A DNA stretch of 64,000 nt from Minutocellus sp. GHC0000111 (GCA_977018835.1 OZ361260.1:2604001-2668000); one strand, 5' to 3'; numbered from the stretch's first letter, positions 21,547-33,200 are shown. A program made the numbers and translations. The notes: generated from the sequence alone by a model not told the origin.

Positions 21547-24255
21547 CGCAAAATTCCCAAGTTTACCCGCAGGGCAGACTTTACCCGCGGAAAGAAAAAG
21601 AGGAGAAAGAAGGAAAAAGAAGGAAAAGGGAGCGAAATGATAAAAGCATCTCTGCTCGGCGAGTCTACATGTCACTACCGGTAACTTCATGTTTACTACA
21701 TGTGTTGGTAATGAATGATTACTTATTTACGAAACATCCCAAAAGACCCCCATTGGACCTCGGCCATGCATTGTCTGGTAATTTCTGGGCATTCGCTCCC
21801 ACTCCTAGCACCTGCGCTGTCAACCTGCTTTTGGTGAGATTCATATTCATCTTGCTTGCCAACCACCGACGGACTTCAAGATCTAAAGCCTTTCCTTTTG
21901 CCACTAGTTCGGCCTCATCGATCTCGGCTGCTCTAAACACATCATCCTGATCTTTTGTGACAGCTGCATCAACCACACGCATTGCCAACTTATGTTTTGT
22001 CTTTTCATTGCGATCAAAAGCCCTGGGAAGTATTGCCAGCGGCGGAGGCATGGATTCATACGACGACCCTGACTTCAGCTTTCCAGATCGAGCCAATTCT
22101 ATTACTATTTCGCTCATGAGCGGCCATTTATTCTTCTTTTTGCCCCCAGCGCTGCTGACAGTTGACAACTGCTCCGTCGTTGGTAGCGGTGGAGGCCGAA
22201 GAGCCGTCGGTAGCGGTGGCGCTCCTCCAACCATTCTCCTTGCTATGGCAACCGGCGATACTGCAATGGCAGATATTGCGGTGCCGATAATGCCAGAACC
22301 TCCAGCGGTGCGCTGCCGCACGTTTCGGCCAGGGGATCGCGGTGGGGATGGCTCTCTTCGTCGGATGGTGCCACCGGCAGGTCTACTGGTACCAGCAACC
22401 GCCGAATCAACACCACCAGAAGCAATCAATGGCACCGATGTTCCATTTAGCGCCCTTGCATCCGATTTTTGTAGCTGAGTCTCAAGGTGACATGTTGTTC
22501 TTGCGTTGGTTGCTGCCAAAGCCTTCAAATCGGCAATCTCCTTCCGCAAATCTGACACTAAACGATTGTTTTCAGCTACCACAGTAGCAAGCTCCTCCTC
22601 AGCGGATGAATACGGTGAATTGATGGCCTTGAAATCATCTGCCACCTTCCTTGACCACCCCTTCAATTGAGACAGATCAATACCGAGCTCGTCCCCCACA
22701 TTCATCATCCGACGAACGGCAGGGCCTGCAACTCCAAGAAAAGACAGCTTCGTCGAAAAATTCATAATGTTGGTGGCCAGCACCTCCCGTACCAGCTGCC
22801 GTAGCCTCCCTCCAGCCTTGAAATCAGGCATTGTCATTGGATATAATTTGTCTGCAAACCGATCCAAAAGAGCCATGTCGTCAGGCAAAGTGCTGATGGC
22901 AATGAGCCGAGGAGGACGGTGGGACTTCCGAGGAGAGGGATGGCCAGCAAGAGACCTCATTGGCACATATTGCATCGCCCGCCGAGATAGCACGTAGTGC
23001 CTGGTGTTATCAGCAGGAGCGTGGCCTGATCGTGCCGTGAGCTCTGGATGATTCACCGACGGATCTTCGTGAAGGTGGGTAGTGCCGCCGTATCGTATGC
23101 TTCGACCAGATATGCTGTCCCGTATTGAATCCGGCAGATCATCTCGCAAGGTTTCGGTGAGGGTCTTGGAAGTCCAGGAATCGCTTCGAGCCTGGCACAT
23201 CGGTACAACAAAGGCCTGGAGAAAACCTATATTGCCAGAGGAGTTGCAGGTACGAGAGAGGCCACCATCGACGCTCCAGTGGTCACCAAGGGCATCAAAT
23301 ACACAAGTCTCCCACCGGTCATAATCTGTACAGAAGGTAGTCGGCCTGGTCGTGCCATTCTTCAAGTCCTTCCAGTCAGCAGCAGCACAATTACCGACAG
23401 GATCATATGTCATGCCCTGGTAGTTGAGATATTTCACCTCCCCGGACCGGCCATCGGCGGCATATGTCAAGTTGAGAGCAAGGCGTCGCTGGTGCTTGTC
23501 GCCGAGCTTGCTGGTTTTCAGTAGCTTGCGATTGATGGTGACCATGTCGGGAACATCGACGGCAAATGGACTGGTGCTGACACCGTCGTGTCCTTCAATA
23601 ATACCAGCATCGGGGTTGAGGCGAACGATGCCGATCTTGCCGGGTACTTCGTCGACACCAGATGTGCCACGGACGCTGTCTCTCTCCAGCTTCTTGACGA
23701 GCGCGCCCTTGGAGAGGGTGAACCAGGTCTCGTCGGTCCAGTCGACGTGGCGGCCGAACCGGTCCTTCAGGTACTCCTTGATGAGGCCGAAGCCGTTGCC
23801 GACGCCGTCAGCCTTGAGGAGCTTGTCCCGGTTGTTCATGTACCTCGGAGGGTTCGTCGACATGTACTCGGCCCAAGAGCACATAATTGATTCGATGTCG
23901 CCGGGCGATGCGACGTCTTCGGGCGTCAAGTCGTCGACAAAGGGAAGACCGATATGCTGAAGATATGCATTGAATCGGGTCTTGTACGATGATAACTCGG
24001 GTGGTGCCCTTGGGACTGCCGTGCGGCGAAGGCCGGCGGTGGCGTTCGTGGCGGCGGTAGCAGCAGTAGTAGCGGCGGCCATGGTGTCAAAAGACTTATG
24101 TTATTTATTTTGGCTCGCAGCCAAGATGCGCTTTCAGTTGGTGCTTGGCATCGCGGGGAAAATCTTGAAGTCTTCTCGCAGCAAACATGCGAGCCAAACT
24201 TTACCCAGGAATCCCCCCGAAACACCCGGGTAAAGTTCGGAAGCAAGGCGCAAAA
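21547..24255 (-). mobile_element. Crypton-like tyrosine-recombinase element bounded by CGCAAAA direct repeats
   Basis: Direct repeats at 21547-21553 and 24249-24255, subterminal 16-bp inverted repeat at 21554-21569 / 24227-24242, and a single recombinase ORF. Confidence 0.85.
21719..24082 (-). CDS. Tyrosine recombinase (Crypton/CryptonS-like), 787 aa
   Basis: Catalytic motifs in the expected order: GRSGE (R), WKDLK (K), SGRSIR.G (HxxR position), RSGH (H/W), TRHY (Y). Followed by a coiled coil and a C-terminal domain. Confidence 0.88.
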   Translation of the reverse strand: MAAATTAATAATNATAGLRRTAVPRAPPELSSYKTRFNAYLQHIGLPFVDDLTPEDVASPGDIESIMCSWAEYMSTNPPRYMNNRDKLLKADGVGNGFGLIKEYLKDRFGRHVDWTDETWFTLSKGALVKKLERDSVRGTSGVDEVPGKIGIVRLNPDAGIIEGHDGVSTSPFAVDVPDMVTINRKLLKTSKLGDKHQRRLALNLTYAADGRSGEVKYLNYQGMTYDPVGNCAAADWKDLKNGTTRPTTFCTDYDRWETCVFDALGDHWSVDGGLSRTCNSSGNIGFLQAFVVPMCQARSDSWTSKTLTETLRDDLPDSIRDSISGRSIRYGGTTHLHEDPSVNHPELTARSGHAPADNTRHYVLSRRAMQYVPMRSLAGHPSPRKSHRPPRLIAISTLPDDMALLDRFADKLYPMTMPDFKAGGRLRQLVREVLATNIMNFSTKLSFLGVAGPAVRRMMNVGDELGIDLSQLKGWSRKVADDFKAINSPYSSAEEELATVVAENNRLVSDLRKEIADLKALAATNARTTCHLETQLQKSDARALNGTSVPLIASGGVDSAVAGTSRPAGGTIRRREPSPPRSPGRNVRQRTAGGSGIIGTAISAIAVSPVAIARRMVGGAPPLPTALRPPPLPTTEQLSTVSSAGGKKKNKWPLMSEIVIELARSGKLKSGSSYESMPPPLAILPRAFDRNEKTKHKLAMRVVDAAVTKDQDDVFRAAEIDEAELVAKGKALDLEVRRWLASKMNMNLTKSRLTAQVLGVGANAQKLPDNAWPRSNGGLLGCFVNK

Positions 24256-24395
24256 AGAACGGACGGTGCGGGACCAAAAAATCAATCCTCGAGGGACCGA
24301 GAAAGCGGACCCAACCCATCAAAACAAGGCAAATCACCACAAAACAATCAATTGTACTAAATATAACCTAATTCTAAGTATCGTGTCCATCTAAA

Positions 24396-25250
24396 CTATA
24401 TTGCGACCATGTCAGGGGGATTTACGGTCCCAGGAGCAGGAATTCGCTGCCCATCACGCCGAGCCAGACCCTTTTTCGTTGGATAAAAATCCTTCCGAAT
24501 GCCCACATGAGGGGATCCACCAACACCAAGGAATTCATTACCGCCCCCAGCATCAATCACCCTCTTTGCAATCCTGTGGGCCTGAATGTATGCTGAAGCA
24601 ATCTTGGCCGACTCCAAACCATCCCAAACCTCCACAGCTGTGTCCCAAATCTCGTTCTCCTTCAGCACCCTCAATCCCTTTCTCTTCCGAGCCAAAGAGC
24701 AATGACGCCGAGACATGCAGGGGAAGACCGACAAGTCAAGTGCATTCATGTGCGGCATTTGCGGTGCCTGAGGCTTCCAATGCCATCCCTTTGCCAAACA
24801 CTATCCCTTGACGAAATCCAAGTACTTGGTCTCCTCATGAGGACCGGCATTGTCGCCTTGGAAGACCGGAGTGTACCCCTCGTATGCTGCCCCCTCACCG
24901 ACGAGCTCAACAACTGTAGGAAAAACATATTGTTCAAATAAATTCTTCAGCGGAAACTTGGGATCGTCAGGGGTACCAATATCAGTACCGGTAACAGCAC
25001 AATCGACAAGGTAGGGATCATCACGATTCCGAACGTTGGTTGTGACCTCGGTGCCATCAGCCAGAGTCTCCGTCCGATTCACAGCCTTATCGGCGATCTT
25101 GTACTGCTGGGCCCGAAAGAATCCAAGCTTGAGAGCATCACCACCGTTTTCAATCGAATCCTCGAAAGCAAAAGCAGTTACAGCGACACCCATTACCTTG
25201 TTCACATGGTTTCTGTGATAGGCTTTGAACGAAACGGGGTCAAGCTCCTT
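24396..25250 (-). pseudogene. Transposase relic (C-terminal half of a DD38D enzyme), in-frame TAG at 24801-24803, N-terminus lost
   Basis: AYHRNHVNKVM, LVDC.VTG, FQGDNAGPH and QAPQMPHMNALDLSVFP align colinearly with the 14389-17319 transposase. Confidence 0.9.
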
Positions 25251-27029
25251 ATCTGACCTCTCCTCGTCGTTCGTCATTGACGATTCTCTCTCGTCGAACT
25301 TTATTGTTCCGAACGAGGATGAAATCGCCGATCACCAACAGTGCCACGAAATTCCAATGGCACTCATCCGCCTTGAAATATTGTTTCTGAATCCCCCGCC
25401 CATTGTAAGCAGCAATACTTTCATCAAAAACAAACTCACCTGCATCTTTGCCACGTTCCTCGCTACGACTTTGCCGATGAATATAGTTTGACGACGCAAA
25501 GGGAGATGGAAAATTGCATCACGTACATGTTTGTGGCCAGCACCCTCTACGATGGCTGGAGGGCCGGCCTCCTCTTCCAATATGTCAATGACAATGACGA
25601 GGATGAACTCCGAGGTGAGATCATCGATGTTACGAAGACGCTAACCAAGGCTGTCTTGAACCAGCCAGGCATCGACAATCGGCCCTTCATCAGCAAACTC
25701 TCTCGCGCGATGAAAGCGATGAAGGTCGATGAAAAGTATCTCCCGGACGACTTGATCCGTTGGTATCAGGAAGATGATACCCGCGGCGGCATTGGCCGCA
25801 TCGACTACCGGCTTGGTAGGGTGCTGACCTACGCCGCCCGTCTCATCGTCACTGCCAATCTTTACTAATGGCCGATGATGATGGTGGCGATGATGAGCTT
25901 GGCAAGATCGCCAAACCATGATAAAGTGTTATTGAACCTATTATTTTTACCCGAAATGTCTCAGGTAAAAAAGTGATATGATAAGTTAGGAATTTTTTCG
26001 ATTTAATTTTATTAATTTCATTATACCTTTTTGTCCTCGATCCCTGAAAAACAAGCGAAAAAACCGTCCGTTCTTTTTTCGTGCGCGGCACCTCGTACAT
26101 TGATTGCGTGCGCGGCTCCGATAACGACGAGACATTGCATGCGACATATTTGGTTGTCAAGACTTACAAAAAAATGCATGTTTGAGCTGGCTGGCTCGTG
26201 TGCGTCACTTGGGGCTTGTTTCTTGGCGAAATCGCGTCACTGAAATCGCGTCACTGACCCGGTGGCTGCTTGGCTGTTTGTTTCTCTCATAACGAGAATT
26301 CGATCGATTGCTCGCCATTCGGAACTGCTGCCGCCTGCATGTGCTGACTGACTGACGGTGATGCTACAATTAATTGTAATTAATCTCCGTAGATCTAATT
26401 AGATCCCTACATGCACATGTAATCGCCGCTTCATTGACGCTGCCTCAGAGATCCTACAAATGTACATGTACACCGGTACCGGTAGATGTACCCGCGCGTC
26501 TTTGAGCCTTTTTTACATACTACATGTAGTATGTGTGTGCACATGCGCCTATAAATAGAATCTACGTAAATGTTTATCAAATTGTCATCTTGATGGCAAG
26601 ATCAATAGAGTCAAGGCAAATCCACGCATGTAGAAGATGTACATGTAGTACCGTAGATCTACGGTGGTAGTCTATATAGATCTAACATGAGGGCATCGCA
26701 TACATGTGCTAAGAGTGTCTAATGTTAGCAGAACTTGATTCTAGTAGATCCAGGTCCAGTAGATCTAGATCTGCCGGTTTGACATGTTCATCAATCTGAT
26801 AGATCTAGACGTCCACACATGCATGTGAAGTAGTGATCTACACATTGTTTTTTCCCTCATGTAGCAAGCTCATGTGCGGTGTCTAGATCTACTAGATCTA
26901 GTTCTAATTTCAGCAAGCAAATTACACATATTCTGTAGATCCTACATGTGTGTCTAATGAAAACAGCATCCCAGATGTCACCATCACCACAGCTCAGATG
27001 TAACCGATGATATCGCGTGAAGCAGTACT

Positions 27030-28596
27030 AAAGAAAATGCAACACTTGCGCCAATGGTGCTGGCTGATCCACTCGTTTGGTTTGGTTCTTCATCCATTTG
27101 CTCCTCCCCTCAACCACATTGCTTCTTGCCGAAATATCAATGACTTCGTAATTCAGATCGGTCCTCATATCGAAATTGGTTGTTCCTTCATCACTCATCA
27201 GTGCACCTTGAGTGTTGGAAGAAATCTCATCTTTCTGCGACGCCCCCCCTAACTGGGCTCAAAGTGGGATTCGATGACGGATTGCCCGATTCGAAAACAT
27301 GTCGTGATGGCAGAGCTGATGGAATATCACTGTCTCTGAGGGTGGGGGCCACAGATGGTAAAGGCGTCGATGGCGTTCTCAACTGCGCTGTTGTGGGTGA
27401 AGCACTTGGATTAGTAGATGGTGCCGGGCTCACCGGTGATCGAGATGGAGCATTAGAGTGTGATGTCGTAGGATTCAAGCTGGGCGATGTGCTTGGCGAT
27501 GTGCTGGGCGATGTGCTTGGCGATGCCGATTCATTTATGCTTGGAGACTACGAGAAAGTCACCGTTAGGTGACATGGTTGGCGAAGTCACCGCAGGTGAC
27601 ATGGTTGGTGAAGCCGATTCAGGCGCGCTAGGAGACGACGAAGGTGCGAAACTTGGCTCTGCTGACGGGGATGCCGAAGGTGATGCAGATGGGTGCGATG
27701 TAGGATGAGCAGACGGTGCTGCAGACGTTGGTTTGTGGGTTGGAGGGAGCGTTGGCATCCCGCTGGGTGCATCAGATGCTATGCAATCAATATTGCATGC
27801 ACAAGGACATTTTGCAATGAGCTCAGCAACTTCGTCGTCATCCTGAGGATTGTTCGGGTTAGGAAAACATGCTTCAAAGAGAGATTAGGCTCAAGAACAA
27901 CTACATCAACAATAATACTCCGCTCTGCCGGCACAATTTTTGAGACGTCGATCCTCTTTGAATACTTTCTGAACTCACATAATTCATTACTCCAAACTTT
28001 GTGCAGCCAAATGTTCCCGATCTCACAACCTCGCAATCAATATTGTATTTTCCAACATACAAAGGATCATCGGTGCAACTGTCATCAAAGCATGTTCCCA
28101 CACCCGAGTTCGTAAGTGTTGGTCTTGATGTTGTACTTGTAGGAGCCATCGACGGGATGTTCGTTGGTGTGGAGGTTGGGGCGACAGTCGATATTGAAAG
28201 CGATTGATTTATTTCATCGGTGCAGCGCCCGCAGGCGTTTGGACATGACATTTTGAGTTGGTCCGTCTCTTCTTGTGTGAATCCAAGGTCAGCAAACCCA
28301 TCGCAATTGAGACCTGCCTGCCGAATAGCCTTGCAAGTAAATCCAATTTTGGATCGGAACGATGCATCGTCGAGGCAAAGTTCTCTTCTTGACGCTCTGC
28401 CGGGACTAGTAGGGGAGTTTTGTACGTTGTTATGCAGTAAATTCCTTCGCTTTGCATTGGTTCGTTTGCGAAGAAGGGGCTGTGTATTCGCCGATGTAGC
28501 AGATGAGGCCGAAGCCGCGGCCAAGACAGAGGCCGAGGCAGTCGATGAATTAAAAGATATTGCAAACGCAAACGCACATGCTGCCGTGGTGGCCAT
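27030..28596 (-). pseudogene. Paralog of the 20144-21379 Cys-domain PTS protein; exon 1 28596-27979, exon 2 from 27842; frameshift and stop at ~27560 plus further shifts downstream
   Basis: Near-identical blocks (RSKIG.TC, ETDQLKM.CP, KFGVM.Y|DDDEVAELIAKCPCAC, SHSNAPSRSPVSPAPSTNP) and the same intron position. 3' boundary approximate. Confidence 0.75.
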
Positions 28597-29000
28597 TATG
28601 CATATAGTTGTGCTGTCAGTGCAAAATGCACTTGTAAGATATCAATTTATCGAAGAGTGAGCATCTCCTTGTAAGTCATGACAAAAAGTTGCTTGGTCCA
28701 ATCACATCTTTGGACGCGAGCGAAATAAATCGCAATTTTCGCACGGAAAAGACATGCCGGCGTGATTTCAATTGCAAAACGCAAGATGTTGGTCGCCGGC
28801 CGGGTCATCTGCGATGTTGCGATCCCATCTCACTCCGAGCTGAAATGACATTTCCTCTCCCTCACGTGACATTACCACCTCTTTCCTAGCACAAACAAAC
28901 TCATCGCATTCGTTTCTATCCTACGACTCCGACCGCAGTGTTGATCGAACCCAAGTTGCACATCACCACTCCTTCTCCTCTAGCTTGAGTAATTTACACC

Positions 29001-29665
29001 ATGTCCTCCCATTCGCCTTCGTTCCTTCGCTGTAGCTGTTCTGCTGTCCTGTTCTTGGCATCCGCGTCCGGTGTCACCGCCGCAGTCGACAATCCCGCCT
29101 TCAAAACCCGACTCGGAATTCCATGCATGACCATTGCGGCCGGCGGTCTTAACTGCCGCCAGTTTGGTTTGCTAGGAATGGCGGACCGTGAGGTTCAGGA
29201 GCTATTGTCCATGCGCATGCGAAGATAGCCAGTGCAATGCCACCGAAGAAAATATGATCAAGACCAAGCCTTTATCGGTCGATATGATCAAGGAGACCGC
29301 CACTCCTGGCTATACCATTCAGCAAGAGGCAGAAAGTCCCGGCCAGACCGAGGATGAAGTCCTATCAGAGAATATAGAATTGTCAACAACACCAGGCGCA
29401 CCAGTCCCTATCAAAACCAATGCACCCACTGCTAGTCCGACGGCAGCCCCTACGTCCTCGCCAACCCGTGCACCCACAGCAAAGACCACCAAGAGCCCAA
29501 GTCTCCGCTCAAATCCATCATTGATAGAAGACGAGGAAGGATCCGTTGAACAAGAAGTGGTAGCAGTAGTTCAAGAAGCTGTACAAGAAGAGGAGGAAGA
29601 AGAAGTTGACATGCTCAAGAAGGAAGCGTCAAAAGAAGAGCAATCCGGTACTTCTACTACTACTG

Positions 29666-29700
<35 letters not shown>

Positions 29701-30045
29701 GCCACTACCAGTCTTTCCTCTCCCAAGCAAGAAGCAAACGATGATATGATGCCCGTCACGCCAAATGATAATGACAGTTACTTCGTTCCCCCCGAGACCA
29801 GCGGTAGAGTGTCCAAGACAGCGGTGAAATTCATCGTTTCTGTTTCCATGCTCGTGGCTGCTTTCATAGCCTTTCATCTCTATCGAAAGTGTGCGAACTC
29901 ATTGTCTAGTGATGGAGGCAAAGGCGACGATAGCGACGGAACTATGTCGCGCGACGAGACCATGTCAGATTGTGAGGTAACTACTGCTGCCAATTCTGCC
30001 ACTCCCGGCACTGCTGACGACGGTGTTGAAGTGCTTGATCCGTAA
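29001..30045 (+). CDS. Cys-domain PTS-rich type-I membrane protein with frameshift at ~29200
   Basis: Signal peptide and DNP.F....G.PC......LNC..F...G....EVQELL in one frame, continued by YCPCAC, a PT tract, poly-Thr and a TM in the next frame. Confidence 0.75.
29655..29709 (+). repeat. (ACT)n microsatellite encoding poly-Thr
   Basis: Read directly from the sequence. Confidence 0.9.
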
Positions 30046-30256
30046 TACACGCATCTAAATGCCAGTAAAATGTCTAGCTAGACTACTCTAGCTACGTAGC
30101 TTGTATGATTAATCGCTTATATAAAGCGAGACACTACGTAGAGCCTGATCGTTACTGAATATGTAGTAAGATTTGTTTGTAAGGTCGATTAGGAATTCCT
30201 ACCGGTACATGTACTGGCTACAAAAGAGCCGGCGTACTCTACATCTAACGCTGATC

Positions 30257-33200
30257 TCAAAACTCAAAGACAAAAGACCAGTCAGATAGTGCCGAAACAC
30301 CCGGCCTCTTGACAATGAGAATCTTGGTTGTTGCATCGAACTCAAACTCAACCGGATTCGATGCATTGTTGTCCTTAATTTTCTTCGGAGGACGAGACAG
30401 CCCCATGATAATAATGCGCTCGATGTTTCTGCCTTCGACAAGAGCTTCTCTTGTGCTATCGTCCTTCCATCCTTCCCCCAGAGTTACGTCATTCTGCATC
30501 TTCCCAGAGCCAGAGCTGCTCTGCAAATCAACAGAAAAGGTAGCGAGGCCATACTCTCCACTCCTTTCGTGCGCAAAGGTCTCTTCGTCGTCCATGTACA
30601 GATTTCCTTTTGCTTTCCCCGATCCGTCGAGAGCGATGTACAGGGTGTACGGATCAGTCTTCATTAGACGAGCTGATCTGCGCAAACGAAGCTTCCTTGG
30701 GATGATGGAACCTCCACGTTGGTAGACTGGAATTTTATCGATGTCACTAGCAACAGTGATGGATTGCACACCGTCCTTCTGCCCCTCAGCGGCAACGCGC
30801 TCCATTGTGTCGACATCGTACCAAGTATCAGCAGTTGGGAAAAGAACAGTTGTCTCCGTCACACCAGCTCCGGTTACTGGCTTTATAAGTAAATCAGATC
30901 CAACCAAATACTGGTCGTCGGTGGAATAGAGAGCTTCGGTCCTCGGATACTCCATCCACATGGTTCGCATGACGGGCATACCAGTCACGGACGCCTCTTG
31001 GAAGATGGTGTACCAAAACGGGAGTAGGGCGTAACGAGCCATGGCCGCCTTTCGAAGGCGAATCATGGTCTCATCGCCGAACATCCATGGTTCCCGGCGC
31101 TTACTGTCGTGGTGCGCATGACCACGAAAGAAAGGAGTGTAAGCCCCAGCTTGCATCCACCTCGTCATGAGCTCGGCATCAGGATCACCGAAGAAGCCGC
31201 CCACGTCTGCCCCGACGAAGGAAAGGGCACCTACGTTGAGACTGAGAAGCATCGGCGCAGCTGCTTCGAGGTGAGACCATTCGGCAGCATTATCACCAGT
31301 CCAAATCGCACCATAGCGCTGCGATCCTGCAAAGAAGGAACGGCTAAGGACAAAGGGGCGGATGTTCTTCTCGGGATTTCGTCGAATAAGCCCAGAGGCT
31401 GTCGCGCGCTGAAAGAGCAATCCGTAAAGATTGTGCCATTCTCTGTGCTCAACTCCAGCGAGGTTACGCAGATCCTTTTGCATGCTAACTTCTGGACCGT
31501 TGAAGACAGAGGGTTCGTTCATGTCATTCCAAGTAAAGAGGGCTGGGGTCGATCCCTTGTAGCGATCGTATGCAAACTGTTCTGCCCACCAGGATCGGAC
31601 CTTATCAGCGGTGAAGTCCAGATAGGAGGACGAGCCTGGCCAACACCAGCCGTCAAAGTCTTTGGAACCGGACCTATCCTTGATATACAGTCCCTTGGCT
31701 GTCGCCTCCTTGTGGATATAATAATTATTGTCGCGCTTAATGTGAGGATCGATAATGGTCACCATCCGCCTCCCCTGGCTGTCAAGCTTCTTCTGCATGT
31801 CCACTGGATTGGGAAAGGTGTTGTGATCCCAAGTGAAGTAGCGCTTGCCATCAGTGTGCTCAATATCGAGCCATAGAACATCGTATGGATAGTCCAGCTC
31901 TTCGAACTTGGCATGAACGGCGTACACATCAGGCTCATCTCGGTAGTTCCATCGACACTGATGACACCCAAGAGAAAACATGGGAGGGAGAGAAACCCTG
32001 CCCGTGAGACGTCCATACTGCTCATAGAGGGAATGAGGATCGGGTCCAGGAAGGAGGAACAGGTCCATGATTCCCGATTCGGACATGAAGTGAGTTGTCG
32101 TTCCATGTCCTGCGGCATCACTGACGCCACCATCATCGTTGGGACCGTACACATCGACAAATGTTTCGGTAGGGTTGAACCAGAAGATTGCCGCACCACC
32201 TCCGGAAAGACTTTGGCTGATGATGACGGGAATTTCACCATACAATGCCATCGTCTCATCCAATTCGTACTCAAATACGTCGAGATTGTAAAGACGGTAA
32301 GGATCGTGGTATTTGGCCTCTGGCCCATGCGTCGTCTGGAGTTTGGTGCTTGAAGCATGCTCCGGAAGTCCAAAGATATGAGACGACCCGGGAAACTTAA
32401 TGTCCATACCCACGGACATGGGCCCGTACGGTTTGGAATCGGCGTGGCCACCAAAGCTCTCCTCCCAGAGTCCCTCCCGATCCAGATCAGGAGATTGCTC
32501 TTCGAGCAGCTTCCGATGTTCGGCCTCTGCCTCATCTTCCACGGGTCGTTCCTCGCGAGTTCCGTCGGCATAGATGGCGAGACCATCCTCCCAATATCCC
32601 ACGATTTCTTTTCCTCCGTGCTTGTCCTCTGGCTCATCGACAGGCGCTTTGTCTTCCTCGCCATCCTCTTCATCATCCTCGGGGGTATGTAATCGTCGTC
32701 ATCCATCAGAACCGCGTCGGAATTGCCCCCATCATCGCCGGCTGCCGCGCCGGCCTCATCGCCCTCCTTGGCTCGGCGGATCTCAAAGTGCGCCAGTCCT
32801 CTCTCACCCACGGTCACGATGGGCATGCCATACGATGATTCGTCGCCAGAGCGGCGAAAGAGGTAGAAACTGAAGGGTTCCATCCGAAGAAGAAGGACGT
32901 GGTCGTCACCGCCATACCGAAGACCAACGTAGTTGGTCATGTCGGCCTGGGATTGGTCGGGCGTTGGTGTGAAGACCTTGCCAACCACCTCGGACAGAAC
33001 ATCGCCATTGGTAGATGCAGTCAAGATCTGGGCATCAGTCGCGCCGACCATCTCCTTCTCGTTGAGGATGAGCTCATCGCTGGTCCAGCGAGCCGTTTCG
33101 TACTTGGTACCCGCCGTCCCGTACTTTTCCATCACACGGACCCGTGCAACTCCATCGGAGTGCAACCGAACCTCAAGGTTGAGTGATTCACCAACTCCCG

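Larger units (their letters stand above)
21532..26095 (-). mobile_element. Decayed mariner-like element (TA TSD) whose left TIR is split by a tyrosine-recombinase element
   Basis: TA|CGAGG at 21530-21536 and CCTCG|TA at 26091-26097. Left TIR halves at 21532-21553 and 24256-24267 match the right TIR at 26063-26095. Contains a transposase relic. Confidence 0.85.

Noticed and set aside
21532..26095. A single element natively encoding both a DDD transposase and a tyrosine recombinase
   Set aside because: The recombinase segment interrupts the TIR and has its own direct and inverted repeats, so nested insertion is the simpler reading.
26100..26260. Partial TIR-like echo (GCGTGCGCGGC) and a 14-bp tandem duplication right of the second mariner
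   Set aside because: No matching partner end or TSD found; too short to call an element.
32681..32685. Programmed frameshift in glucosidase II
   Set aside because: It is a one-base loss in a G5 run with no slippery heptamer, and the same pattern occurs at 10162-10166, so error or mutation is likelier.
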